Virus record (IMG/VR): IMGVR_UViG_3300047508_000144
Coordinates: 1,751 to 65,750 of that record
Length of the DNA stretch: 64,000 bases
Strand: one strand, 5' to 3'
Source: a virus
Lineage: Duplodnaviria; Caudoviricetes
A program made the position numbers and the translations under genes. Below, piece by piece: positions 1-8,731 of this stretch. Numbering within the stretch: position 1 is the first letter of the stretch; every line of letters begins with the position of its first letter. The notes below the pieces were generated by a model. That model was not told the DNA's origin and searched no databases. It saw only the letters and a program-made list of their open reading frames with translations.

Positions 1-220
1 AACGAGATCGTGGTCACCACGTTCGCCGTGCGCCCAATGCTCGCATGCTGCGCGAGCATCCTTAAGAGCTTGTTCAGGGTCCATGTTCAGTTACTCCTGT
101 AGGTTGGACAGCCGGGTAACGGCACGATGGGACAATTCGCCTGCCCGTGTCCCCTGTCGTAGCTGATAGCCGCTAGCGCGAGGATCAGAACGGCAACAGC
201 AACGCTGATAATCGTCCTCA

Positions 221-1420
221 TCACTGTACCTCGATCCGTACTGTGCCAGCCCAATCCGGACACGGCGCATCAGTCGTGCACCCGATGATCAACGGGAACG
301 GCGTCTCGATCTCGGGCCATGGCGTGTACCCGTCAGTGAGAAGCAGCACCACCTCCGGCGAGTACTGCTCCGCGAACACCAACGGCTTGCGCATGTCGGT
401 GCCGCCGCCGCCCTTAGGATGCAGCACCACCTCCGCGCCGTCCTCGAAGACGTCGATGTTCTGCATGTCCTTGTCATCGGCCCACACCACGCGCACAGTC
501 ATCGGCTTGATGACGGTGACGATGTGGTTGACGGCGACCGCGACACGCTCGAACACTGACTTGGAGAACATCGAACCCGACGAGTCGGCAACGATGGTCA
601 TCTCATCCATGCCGTTGCTCTTATGCGATGGCAGGATTGCGTCGTGGTACCGGCGGTTACGCCGGGACCAGTTCTCGTCCTGGTTCACACAAGCTGTCAT
701 GTAGTCTATGAGAACCTGCTCCCATGGCACCGGGTCCTCGTAGGTCCCGGCGACGATCGCTTCAAGTTCGCCCGGCATGACGCCGTGCTGCTTGGCAATG
801 GCGGTTGCCCGCGCGATCACCTTGCTGATCGCGTGGTCGATCGCTGCAGCCTGCTCAGCTGTGGCAACAGGCACCGGACGCAGATCGCCGCCCAGACCGC
901 CTTGCTCAGGCGCAGGCTTTGTCCCCGGCTGGGGCTGAGGCTGTCCCTGTCCCTGACCTTGGCCCTGACCCGGAGGGCCCTTGCCTTTGCCTTTGCCTCC
1001 CTGCTGCTCCTTCTCTCGCAGCGCATAGATTTGCTCCGCGGTCATGCCGTCATACGTGGGGTCGATCAGTGCGTACTGCCAAATGCTGAAGCCCAGCTTC
1101 TTGAGCATGATGTTGATGGCGTAGTCGCACGCCTTGTTCCATCTGCCCGGATCACGGGAGCCACGGCGCAGCCCGTGCTTGAGCAGGATGTGCATCAGCT
1201 CGTGGATGATCACGAACTTGGCAGTCGGTACGTCCAGCCCTTCGATGAACTCCGGGTTGTACCCGATCACGACCATGTCGGTCCAAGCGGTGTCGCATGT
1301 TGGGTCTTCGACGAATCTGGTTTGCAGCAACGCTGACGCAAAGAACATCAGCGCCTTGACCTTGACGAGACCGGCACGTGCCGTCTCGAAAGTAGAAAGT
1401 TGTTTTTGATGTCGTGCCAT
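221..1420 (-). CDS. DUF2201-type metallopeptidase fused to vWA-like domain
   Basis: HELMH zincin motif followed by WNKACDYAIN; G/Q/P linker; C-terminal MIDAS-like DSSGS, GGGGTD and LTDG motifs. Confidence 0.88.
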   Translation of the reverse strand: MARHQKQLSTFETARAGLVKVKALMFFASALLQTRFVEDPTCDTAWTDMVVIGYNPEFIEGLDVPTAKFVIIHELMHILLKHGLRRGSRDPGRWNKACDYAINIMLKKLGFSIWQYALIDPTYDGMTAEQIYALREKEQQGGKGKGKGPPGQGQGQGQGQPQPQPGTKPAPEQGGLGGDLRPVPVATAEQAAAIDHAISKVIARATAIAKQHGVMPGELEAIVAGTYEDPVPWEQVLIDYMTACVNQDENWSRRNRRYHDAILPSHKSNGMDEMTIVADSSGSMFSKSVFERVAVAVNHIVTVIKPMTVRVVWADDKDMQNIDVFEDGAEVVLHPKGGGGTDMRKPLVFAEQYSPEVVLLLTDGYTPWPEIETPFPLIIGCTTDAPCPDWAGTVRIEVQ

Positions 1421-1437
1421 AAGTAAATCCTCCGTCT

Positions 1438-1458
1438 GGTGTTACACGATGTAACACC
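1438..1458. repeat. 21-bp palindrome copy 1 (GGTGTTACACGATGTAACACC)
   Basis: Read directly; abuts the stop of 1459..1728 and lies just upstream of the vWA gene RBS. Confidence 0.9.
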
Positions 1459-1728
1459 CTATGAGTGAGTGTATCCGTCCGTCTCAATGCCCAGCCACAT
1501 CCCGGCCCACGGCACCATGACGCAGTCATCGCCGAAGAACGGCTGCACCGTCTTGCGAAAGCGGCGCCACTGTAGTGATGGCACCTTGACGATCTCCAGC
1601 GTGCTCCACTCGCCGCAATGCGGACAGCGTACGCCACCGTGGCGCGTGGTGACCGTGATCCAGCCGGGGAAATCCCGCTGGAAGATACGAAACAAAGCTT
1701 CACGTTGTTTACGAGTTGTCTTAACCAT
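1459..1728 (-). CDS. Hypothetical phage protein with CxxC motif
   Basis: ORF with RBS (GAGGG), fits the tightly packed - strand operon. Confidence 0.65.
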   Translation of the reverse strand: MVKTTRKQREALFRIFQRDFPGWITVTTRHGGVRCPHCGEWSTLEIVKVPSLQWRRFRKTVQPFFGDDCVMVPWAGMWLGIETDGYTHS

Positions 1729-1730
1729 GG

Positions 1731-1952
1731 TCAGTCCCTCTGTTGTGTCAGTGCAAATTCAAGTGCGTAACCCCAGTACCGGGCATCGTTCTCTTGCCCG
1801 GTTACCTTGTTGATGCGAGGCAAGGCAGGCTCGACGATCTGCTCGACGACACGCTTGTTGAATTCGCCGGGCTTACACTTACTGTACAACTTAGTCGCGG
1901 CCTTCAACTCAGCAGCGGTGAACAGTTCGCCGATAGAGATTTGTTTAGTCAC
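1731..1952 (-). CDS. Hypothetical protein
   Basis: GGAGG RBS, GTG start overlapping the upstream stop. Confidence 0.6.
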   Translation of the reverse strand: MTKQISIGELFTAAELKAATKLYSKCKPGEFNKRVVEQIVEPALPRINKVTGQENDARYWGYALEFALTQQRD

Positions 1953-2152
1953 GGTCTACCCTCCAACATTTTTTTCAGTTCCGTCTTGATGTACTCAAGG
2001 TCCTCAACACGCAGCTCGCCGCGGACCTCTCGTTGGTCGATGGATCGTTGCAACAGCACGAACGTCGTTAGCTGGTGCGTACGCAGAATGATTTGCTGGT
2101 CGATCAGACGCTTTATCCGATCGACCTTGTGACGACGTACCCAGCCAATCAT
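1949..2152 (-). CDS. Hypothetical protein
   Basis: GAGGAG RBS; 4-nt start/stop overlaps with both neighbours. Confidence 0.55.
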   Translation of the reverse strand: MIGWVRRHKVDRIKRLIDQQIILRTHQLTTFVLLQRSIDQREVRGELRVEDLEYIKTELKKMLEGRP

Positions 2153-2310
2153 TCGTAATCCTCCTCATCCTCACCACGGCAGGCAGGGCAAGCCCAGGTC
2201 TCCAAGCCGCAGGTCGTCCAGCATTGCGTCAGCGTGCGATTGCGCTTGCCGCAACAATCGCACTCGCGTTCGTCGTCCGGACACATGAGCTTCCAATCAT
2301 CGTATGTCAT
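2149..2310 (-). CDS. Small Cys-rich (zinc-ribbon-like) protein, 53 aa, not in ORF track
   Basis: Own translation MTYDDWKLMCPDDERECDCCGK...WACPACRG; GAGGA RBS. Confidence 0.6.
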   Translation of the reverse strand: MTYDDWKLMCPDDERECDCCGKRNRTLTQCWTTCGLETWACPACRGEDEEDYE

Positions 2311-2313
2311 GTG

Positions 2314-2487
2314 TCATTCCTCCTCGACAGGTTCGTCGGTCCAGTAGTCCGAGTCCATGAAGATGTCGGGTCGGAAGCCTGCACGCTTGGCGTCCTCACA
2401 CTTGTCGCAGACGAACGTGCAGAAGATGCCGCGAGCATCTTTCAGCTCGCGACGCGGCTCACCTGAACCGCAGGGGCAAAGTCTCAT
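2314..2487 (-). CDS. Small Cys-rich protein, 57 aa, not in ORF track
   Basis: Own translation MRLCPCGSG...CTFVCDKC (SEC-C-like start); AGGAG RBS. Confidence 0.65.
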   Translation of the reverse strand: MRLCPCGSGEPRRELKDARGIFCTFVCDKCEDAKRAGFRPDIFMDSDYWTDEPVEEE

Positions 2488-2501
2488 GGTTAGTCTCCTG
2501 T

Positions 2502-3584
2502 TCAGTTAGAGGTGTAGACTTCGCGATACCGCTTCACGTAGTCCATGTACGCATCGGCATCGAACAACGTCGCATCGCGCGCCGTCGCCAGCTGCCACGC
2601 CATGACGACGAACTCCGCGGTGAAGCGCTTCAGGTAGGTGTGAAGCGCATCCACGTTGCCCGTTGTCATCTTCTCGGACACCATCATGGCCGTTGCGTAC
2701 TTGATCGAGAGTTCTTCGGGTACGGGATACGTATCCGGGTCCTTCTTGATCCTGTCGATGTTCGGCAGGCTCTGCCAGACATCGACGTAAGCCAGAAACT
2801 GCACCGCCGGCCCTTCGCCGATGGCGCCGATCATGGCAGCCTCCTTGATCACCGGGTCCAGCCGCTTGTCCTGCCACAGTTCGGCGGCGGAGAACCATGT
2901 GCGTGGCGTGGCCACGATGGCTTGCGTCTTCTTCGGATCGTAGGTGTTCACGAGATCGGCGCAGAAATTCCAGAACGCCATGAACACCGATGGCACGCCT
3001 TGGCTCTGCGCGTAGACGCAGAAGTCCTCCAGCATATTGATTGCTTCGAAGTGAAGCAGACGGTTGTTGAGGGGCATGGGTAGCTTCTTCGCCAATGCCT
3101 GATCGTCCAGAAGATTGCCAGCGAGCAGCATCCGGACGTTCGGCTTCAAGACATGCTCACCAACGCAACGATTCAACACGAGTTGCTGCATGACGGCGAA
3201 CACATCATTCTTGGCGTCGGGTGCTTCGTCGAAGAACACCACGATCAACTTGTCATCTGGAAAACTATCATTCCCGATGAACGGCATCGTGCCCGGCGGG
3301 TACCAGATCGCGGAGCCGGTCTTCTTGTCGGCCTGCGGGAAGCCGCGCAAGTCCACGCTGTCGTACTGAGACAGACGGATGTCGACCAAGAGTGTGCCCG
3401 TGTAGGGACAGTCCTTGCCCAGCAGCTCTTTCAGGGCTTTGGGGTTGTCAAGCTCGTCAACAGCCTGCTCGACGCCTTGGCTCTTACCGATACCAAACCG
3501 ACCTCTAATGATGATCGGCTTGTCGAGACGAACCACAACTTCTTTGACCGTGGTCTTGATCTGGGAAATAGAAAGCTTCTTCAT
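2502..3584 (-). CDS. MoxR-like AAA+ ATPase
   Basis: Walker A GRFGIGKS, DIRLSQ..DLRG motif, Walker B VVFFDE, AGN sensor, NRL, TPRTW. Confidence 0.9.
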   Translation of the reverse strand: MKKLSISQIKTTVKEVVVRLDKPIIIRGRFGIGKSQGVEQAVDELDNPKALKELLGKDCPYTGTLLVDIRLSQYDSVDLRGFPQADKKTGSAIWYPPGTMPFIGNDSFPDDKLIVVFFDEAPDAKNDVFAVMQQLVLNRCVGEHVLKPNVRMLLAGNLLDDQALAKKLPMPLNNRLLHFEAINMLEDFCVYAQSQGVPSVFMAFWNFCADLVNTYDPKKTQAIVATPRTWFSAAELWQDKRLDPVIKEAAMIGAIGEGPAVQFLAYVDVWQSLPNIDRIKKDPDTYPVPEELSIKYATAMMVSEKMTTGNVDALHTYLKRFTAEFVVMAWQLATARDATLFDADAYMDYVKRYREVYTSN

Positions 3585-3607
3585 GGTCAGTGTCCTTTTC
3601 AGTGAAT

Positions 3608-3628
3608 GGTGTTACATCATGTAACACC
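3608..3628. repeat. 21-bp palindrome copy 2 (GGTGTTACATCATGTAACACC, perfect 10-bp arms)
   Basis: Read directly; intergenic, upstream of the AAA ATPase. Confidence 0.92.
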
Positions 3629-3644
3629 TTGAGGTTGAGGGCGG

Positions 3645-3917
3645 TTACTTGGAACGGGTGATCTTAATAGTTACTGTCGCCAGCTTGTTGTCCGGCGCCC
3701 AGCCATCCGGCGGGTAGTCGCGTTCGTCGGCATACATGACGAGACCGCGCCGCACTTCATTCAGCGGGTCTCTACCTGTAGCCTCTGCGCAATGACACAG
3801 ATCGGCAATCAAGTCCGCGATGGCATCGCAATCGTCGGTGCCAGTATCGGAAATGAAAGTTTTGAGGGCATTGTGCGCCCATGCGGCGCGGTCTTCATTG
3901 GTTGCTGTCATTTGCAA
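3645..3917 (-). CDS. Hypothetical protein
   Basis: AAAGGAG RBS; DAIADLIADLCH helical motif. Confidence 0.6.
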   Translation of the reverse strand: MQMTATNEDRAAWAHNALKTFISDTGTDDCDAIADLIADLCHCAEATGRDPLNEVRRGLVMYADERDYPPDGWAPDNKLATVTIKITRSK

Positions 3918-4102
3918 GTTGCTCCTTTCAGTAAGTCACGTGCTAATTTGATTGGCCACGAAGTCTCGGGGCCAAGCTCTGCGTAGGTCTCCAGTGCACG
4001 CTGGATTACACGCACCTCGTCCACGGTCAGCCAGCCGAAGGCTTTGCGATAGCGAAGCTCGCTCGACCGTGCAATCTCTTCCTTAGTTATCCTCGTCGTC
4101 AT
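3908..4102 (-). CDS. Hypothetical protein
   Basis: AAGGAGTGACTGAAC-ATG leader. Confidence 0.6.
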   Translation of the reverse strand: MTTRITKEEIARSSELRYRKAFGWLTVDEVRVIQRALETYAELGPETSWPIKLARDLLKGATCK

Positions 4103-4179
4103 GTTCAGTCACTCCTTGTTGAGCTAGTATCAAAGCAAGGCCGCAAGGCCGCACGCCTTGCCAGCGTCCCGAGGACTGG

Positions 4180-4467
4180 TTAGTCCGTCCCTTGAAGAAA
4201 TCGGGTAACAGGCAAATTCCAACTCTTACCGAGAAACCTCGCCACCTCATCAGCAAGTGCACGTGTCTTGCAATCGGTGATGGCGTAGGCACAGCCGTCC
4301 GGCTCACGAGCATAGACCGTCCAGAATTCGGCGCGGTCGTCCGGCACAAGACCTTCCGTCTCGCCATCATGGTCGATACAACCGGTTACTTCCAGCGAGA
4401 CGAAGTGAGCGCGCTCCGCAGGTTCACGGTTGCCAGTGCAGCAATTAAAAAGAATATCGTTATTCAT
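4180..4467 (-). CDS. Hypothetical protein
   Basis: AAGGAGTGACTGAAC-ATG leader. Confidence 0.65.
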   Translation of the reverse strand: MNNDILFNCCTGNREPAERAHFVSLEVTGCIDHDGETEGLVPDDRAEFWTVYAREPDGCAYAITDCKTRALADEVARFLGKSWNLPVTRFLQGTD

Positions 4468-5164
4468 GTTCAGTCACTCCTTCTTCTAAGTTAAATGTCA
4501 GCCAAGGATGCTCCTCCTTGACGATCGTGTTGAACCCAACCGTAGCAATAGCCATGCGATGCTCTGTCGTCAGCGCAGCAAATGACACGTCGACAAAATC
4601 CCCGACCTTCAAGTCAGGGTGCTGACGCTTACGTGTATCGAGATTAGGCTGCATCTGCATCCACACCTTGCTCGCATCCACAAGCTCCTTGATGTGTTCG
4701 CGTTGATAAGGCAGCAGCGGCTGCGGGTAATGCCGTATGATCGGCGCGCCGACAGGTACAGCGTCGGGCCCGGCATACCAAGCAGTGACGTTGTGATTGC
4801 CCTCAGTAAACCGCACTGGGACCAACGGCGCGTTGTCCTCGCTCAGCTCAGGGGAGAGCGACACCGCGCGCTTGTGATCGAGATCGAGCAGCAATGTCTG
4901 CTGCCCCTTGTGATTGAGATGCGACTTGAAAACTGGCTTGGTCGAACCGGGGATGTACAGCTTCGGGCACTCGTCATCGTCGGTCGCGACGATCTGGATG
5001 TGAAGCTCTGAGTAAACCTTGCGGTTCTCGGGACGCCACGAATTGTAGCGCACGACGAACTCGCCGGTGTCGAACTGAATGAAGGCGTGGTACTTGTGCT
5101 CGATGTGGAATGCGCGCCAGCTATCCCACTCCATCTTGGAGTGGTCGAAAGGAGGAAGTTTCAT
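4460..5164 (-). CDS. Hypothetical protein, 234 aa
   Basis: Long ORF with AAGGA RBS, in operon orientation. Confidence 0.75.
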   Translation of the reverse strand: MKLPPFDHSKMEWDSWRAFHIEHKYHAFIQFDTGEFVVRYNSWRPENRKVYSELHIQIVATDDDECPKLYIPGSTKPVFKSHLNHKGQQTLLLDLDHKRAVSLSPELSEDNAPLVPVRFTEGNHNVTAWYAGPDAVPVGAPIIRHYPQPLLPYQREHIKELVDASKVWMQMQPNLDTRKRQHPDLKVGDFVDVSFAALTTEHRMAIATVGFNTIVKEEHPWLTFNLEEGVTEHE

Positions 5165-5358
5165 GATCAGTTTCCTTGTTCAGTAAATTTATGAGTGAGC
5201 CTTTTTTTCCCTCATGCTCAGGAGGTCAGGTTAGCCGTCAACCTGCGACCGTCTGGTGCTTTGGTGTCGCCAGAATCACATCGGTTTCCCGTACCACCGA
5301 TAAGCTTCCGTCGTGGTTGTCCGCTCTCAGTCACCACGACCGGCGTTGGGTGTCCGTC

Positions 5359-5715
5359 TTACGACGTTGCGGCCCAAGCTAAAACCTCACAATCCAGCGG
5401 CGTGCTGTCCCCGTCCTTCAGGGAGACCCAACCGTTCTCGATGCGGCTTACCTGCTCTTTGCGGAAGATCAGCGAGCAGGGATTCAGCCCGACGTGCTTG
5501 CGGGCATACTCAAGTGAGGAGAATTCGTTCGCTTCGGAAGTGGCCCCGCGGAACGTCTGTACGATGTACGTCTTGGGTTCATCATGCTTGTACACGAAAA
5601 CTCCATGCTCGTTCGGCACCATGTGTTTCTGGATGGCTCGATTGTGCTGAGGTGACCTGTAACCAAACTTTTTGGCAGCGGCCCAAACAATCGCGCGTCG
5701 TTCGTCTCTCGTCAT
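5359..5715 (-). CDS. Hypothetical protein (start taken at MTRDERR)
   Basis: AAAGGA RBS ahead of ATG 5715; first gene after the 5797-5825 promoter. Confidence 0.6.
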   Translation of the reverse strand: MTRDERRAIVWAAAKKFGYRSPQHNRAIQKHMVPNEHGVFVYKHDEPKTYIVQTFRGATSEANEFSSLEYARKHVGLNPCSLIFRKEQVSRIENGWVSLKDGDSTPLDCEVLAWAATS

Positions 5716-5740
5716 CGTGGTCGTCCTTTGTTCAGTAAAT

Positions 5741-5761
5741 GGTGTTACATCATGTAACACC
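5741..5761. repeat. 21-bp palindrome copy 3 (perfect)
   Basis: Read directly; in the 5' leader between promoter and first gene. Confidence 0.92.
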
Positions 5762-5796
5762 TCCGTCCGGTGGACAGCTGATCCACCGTAACAAGC

Positions 5797-5825
5797 ATTG
5801 TACCATAAAACATGAGCAATGTCAA
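5797..5825 (-). promoter_or_regulatory. Sigma70-type promoter TTGACA-N17-TACAAT with extended -10 TG
   Basis: Near-consensus hexamers with 17-bp spacing, intergenic, oriented toward the downstream operon. Confidence 0.85.
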
Positions 5826-5861
5826 TGGGTTACTGGGAGATTTATCCTGAAAATTCCAGCC

Positions 5862-6032
5862 TCAGATAAACTCTTTCTCCTGTGCCAATCGCTCTGGCAT
5901 GGTGAAGGTGCCGTCCTCGTTATCCTGCGTCACCGACTTGGGCACCCACGCTTTGCGCACGCCGTCGAACAACAGATACGCCTTCTCAGTTTCGTGCACT
6001 ATCTCTGCTGCGACCTCGATCAATCTGCTCAT
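5862..6032 (-). CDS. Small phage protein, 56 aa, not in ORF track
   Basis: Own translation MSRLIEVAAEIVHETEKAYLLFDGVRKAWVPKS...; AGGGGA RBS. Confidence 0.65.
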   Translation of the reverse strand: MSRLIEVAAEIVHETEKAYLLFDGVRKAWVPKSVTQDNEDGTFTMPERLAQEKEFI

Positions 6033-6551
6033 GACTTATCCCCTAGTTCTTTTGGCTGCGTTCTTTGCAAACCACGCCGCCACAGCGGCAGCCTTCGCGA
6101 GGTCCGCTTCATCCATGGGCGCAACGTACGCATCGAAGTTGCGCCAAGCCGTCGCTACTCTGTTCGCCTCCTCCTCGTCCACTCTGTCAGCGATGGCGTG
6201 CCACTTACGCCGCGCCTTGTCGCCGTCTGCCCGGCAGCGCGAGCAGTTGCCCCACGCGCAACAACCGATCATGACTTTGAAATTGCCGCGCATCACAGCA
6301 CTCCTACCATCACCAGCACGATGAACGTTATAGCCAGGACCAGCGTCACCACGACAGCCAGTTGCGCCCAGACCGATGGTTTGTTCATGGAGGGGTAGCT
6401 TCCTGCGTTGCGTACTCCTGAGCAAGTCTTTCCAGCAGGGCTCGCATGCGAGCCCGCATCGTTTCGCGTTCCGTTACCGGCGCCATGTTGTGCAACAGCT
6501 GAAAACGCAAGTTATGGATTTCAGCCATTGCTTCGTGCCATTCTTTGTCGG

Positions 6552-6761
6552 TCATTTGATTTCTCCCCGTACTAGATGATAGGACCGCACGTTGTCGATC
6601 GCGTTGGCCAAGTGGCGCAGACTGATGCTCACTTGCTCAGCGTGATAGTTGACCTCGTCGAGGAACTCACGAACGACTTGCGTCTTTTTAGTCTGCTTGT
6701 CCTTCTCCTTGAAATACTTCTTGAGCTGCTTCTTGGCTTTGAGCTTCTTGGTTTTCTTCAT
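6552..6761 (-). CDS. Basic hypothetical protein
   Basis: ATGA overlap with upstream gene; Lys-rich N-terminus. Confidence 0.55.
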   Translation of the reverse strand: MKKTKKLKAKKQLKKYFKEKDKQTKKTQVVREFLDEVNYHAEQVSISLRHLANAIDNVRSYHLVRGEIK

Positions 6762-6976
6762 GACTTCACCGCGCCCGCAAGCCCTGTCATCGGCTGCAGC
6801 TTGTTGATGAGCCGTTGCATGGCGCGCGCCTTCTTGTCGTGCTCCGCGCTGAGCTTTTTATTGAGCCGGGTCTCGTACCACTTGGCTTCGGACTCCTGAC
6901 GCTTGGCCGCGCGCTGCAGGGCCTCTACAATCAGGCTGATCTCGGCATTGGCGAAAACGTGCTGATGGAATTGCAT
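6758..6976 (-). CDS. Hypothetical helical protein (start MQFHQ)
   Basis: AAGGAG RBS, downstream of a putative promoter. Confidence 0.6.
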   Translation of the reverse strand: MQFHQHVFANAEISLIVEALQRAAKRQESEAKWYETRLNKKLSAEHDKKARAMQRLINKLQPMTGLAGAVKS

Positions 6977-6996
6977 GGGCTGTGTTCTCCTTGTGA

Positions 6997-7033
6997 GATT
7001 ATATCTGATCACATCTGATCATCAATTGTCAAG
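6997..7033 (-). promoter_or_regulatory. Putative promoter region (TTGACA / TTGATG ... TATAAT) containing a TGATCAGAT direct repeat
   Basis: TATAAT is 16 bp from TTGATG and 23 bp from TTGACA; at a divergence point. Confidence 0.5.
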
Positions 7034-7593
7034 GAAAAACTGAAATGAATTGGCGCGGGCAAAGAGAAATATATTGGGTGGTCGGAGTGACGGTCATCGC
7101 CATCGCACTGGTCCTCGTGCTGGCTTACGTGCTGGGATGAGTTTAGATCGGGATCAAAGAGTTTTCTTCATTGGCGTCGGCGTCATGCTGGGCTTCCTGT
7201 TTGGCCTTGCAGCGTGGGGCTACATCACCGGCCTTTGGGACGTGCTGGGTCCGTATCCTTGAGCCTGTTACGCAGCTTGTCCGCCTTCCTCGCTGCGTAC
7301 TCGACATGACCCAAGAGCCGGCGCAGCCGGGCGGCGAGGTATTCCAGCTCTTCCTGAATGCGCCCTGACTGGCGCAGGGCCTTGCGCGCACTACGCCGGG
7401 ACCGATCATGACGCCGCGGTTCGTTCACATCCCTTCTCCGGTGTGCACGGGATCATCGGCGAGCAAAGCCCGTGGACGAACCAGCACCGCCCGCAGAGCA
7501 GCGTACCGATCTTTTCATCAAAGAACGGCTGTGGATGCTCGCAGTCGTACGGACAGTGCGCGTGGCTGCAACCATGCAAGGCGTACCAATCCC

Positions 7594-7830
7594 TCACGCG
7601 GTCAGGTGCTTGATCGCCCACATCGTGGCTTCCTCGATCCGCGTTTGCGCGAGGCTGATCTCCCGGGATTTGCCAAGCTCGCCGACCAGCTTCCAGAACT
7701 CAAGCCCCTTGTCCTTGATCTCCCGCATCTGCTCCTTCTCGATCGGCGAAAGCACGCGGTACTCGTGCCGCATCACGTTGTTGACGACGCGCTCGTCCGA
7801 CGTCGAGTCCACTGTCTTGCGAGAAGTCAT
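7594..7830 (-). CDS. Acb2/Tad1-like anti-defence (cyclic-nucleotide sponge) protein, 78 aa
   Basis: YRVLSPIEKEQMREIKDKG resembles the Acb2 N-terminal YRDLSQEEIDMMNRVKELG; SREISLAQTRIEEATMW resembles the Acb2/Tad1 hairpin; GGAGAG RBS before ATG 7830. Confidence 0.7.
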   Translation of the reverse strand: MTSRKTVDSTSDERVVNNVMRHEYRVLSPIEKEQMREIKDKGLEFWKLVGELGKSREISLAQTRIEEATMWAIKHLTA

Positions 7831-8361
7831 GGTTACTCTCCGATCTAAGCTTGTATCGGGATAATGCTTGATGTGTTCGAGGGTACCGTGTGGCCAGCTC
7901 TCGTTACCCTTGAGCCCATCCCATCGTATGACGATGCAGGCGCCGCCGGGGTGCGGCGTGTGCATCACAGTACCGCGCCGCGCCGCCCAGTCGGTAGTCA
8001 CCTTCCGTCGTAATACACAATAGCCACGCAGTGCTTGCTGCGCCGCAGCAGCCGTCAGCCGCACGCGGTCGCCTCGCCTGAACCTGGTCAGGCACCGTGG
8101 CATCGACAGGAGCCCCGTGGGAGGTTTTCCGGGGCCGGAGGTTAACAGAGCCCGTCCATGCGTACAAACGCCATGGGCGGGCTCCGTACGCTCAGCACGC
8201 TACCGTACAGGTGCGGGTGGACAGTCCGGTGCCGGCACGATGGGGCAGTTCGGCTGGGACTGCCAGCGGCCCATGGAATAGCCAAGGGCCGCCAGCGCAA
8301 ACAGGAGCATGAGGACAGCAACGAAGACGACGATTGCTGCCCTGACCGCCACGGCTACCGC

Positions 8362-8673
8362 TTAGGGTCGCTTGGGCTGTGGGCCACTCTGGGCAGGAAC
8401 GAAGTACCACTGTATTTGGTCACCCTGCGCGGCGAGACCCCAGCCACCGGTCACCGGGGCGGGCTTGATGACGACGGCAAGGGCGGGCGGCGGCTGGTCC
8501 GGCGGCGGGTCGACCGGGATCGGTGGCGGGGTGTCCGGGATCACCGGGCCGCCGCCAACCGACAGTCCTGGGATGGAAGCGTAACCGATGAACACAGCCG
8601 GCACCGGCTTGTCGTCGGCACCTTTTCCTTTGGGCATCATCACGCCGTTGATAACGACAGGTACTGCGGCCAT
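8362..8673 (-). CDS. Proline-rich hypothetical protein
   Basis: AAAGGAG RBS, coherent codon usage. Confidence 0.7.
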   Translation of the reverse strand: MAAVPVVINGVMMPKGKGADDKPVPAVFIGYASIPGLSVGGGPVIPDTPPPIPVDPPPDQPPPALAVVIKPAPVTGGWGLAAQGDQIQWYFVPAQSGPQPKRP

Positions 8674-8710
8674 GCTCAGTCTCCTTTGTTGTCAGGGGGT
8701 TAGTTCACGA

Positions 8711-8731
8711 GGTGTTGCATCATGTAACACT
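8711..8731. repeat. 21-bp palindrome copy 4 (GGTGTTGCATCATGTAACACT)
   Basis: Read directly; overlaps the HAD gene stop codon. Confidence 0.85.

Noticed and set aside
3610-3626. Match of the palindrome to the TnrA/GlnR box TGTNA-N7-TNACA
   Set aside because: The formal match is real, but that box belongs to low-GC Firmicutes; conservation here extends well beyond it and other evidence suggests a Gram-negative host
5739-5760. ORF-track starts reading MLHDVTP / MVLHHVTP (also at 11766) as a shared leader peptide
   Set aside because: They are translations of the DNA palindrome; better RBS-supported starts lie downstream
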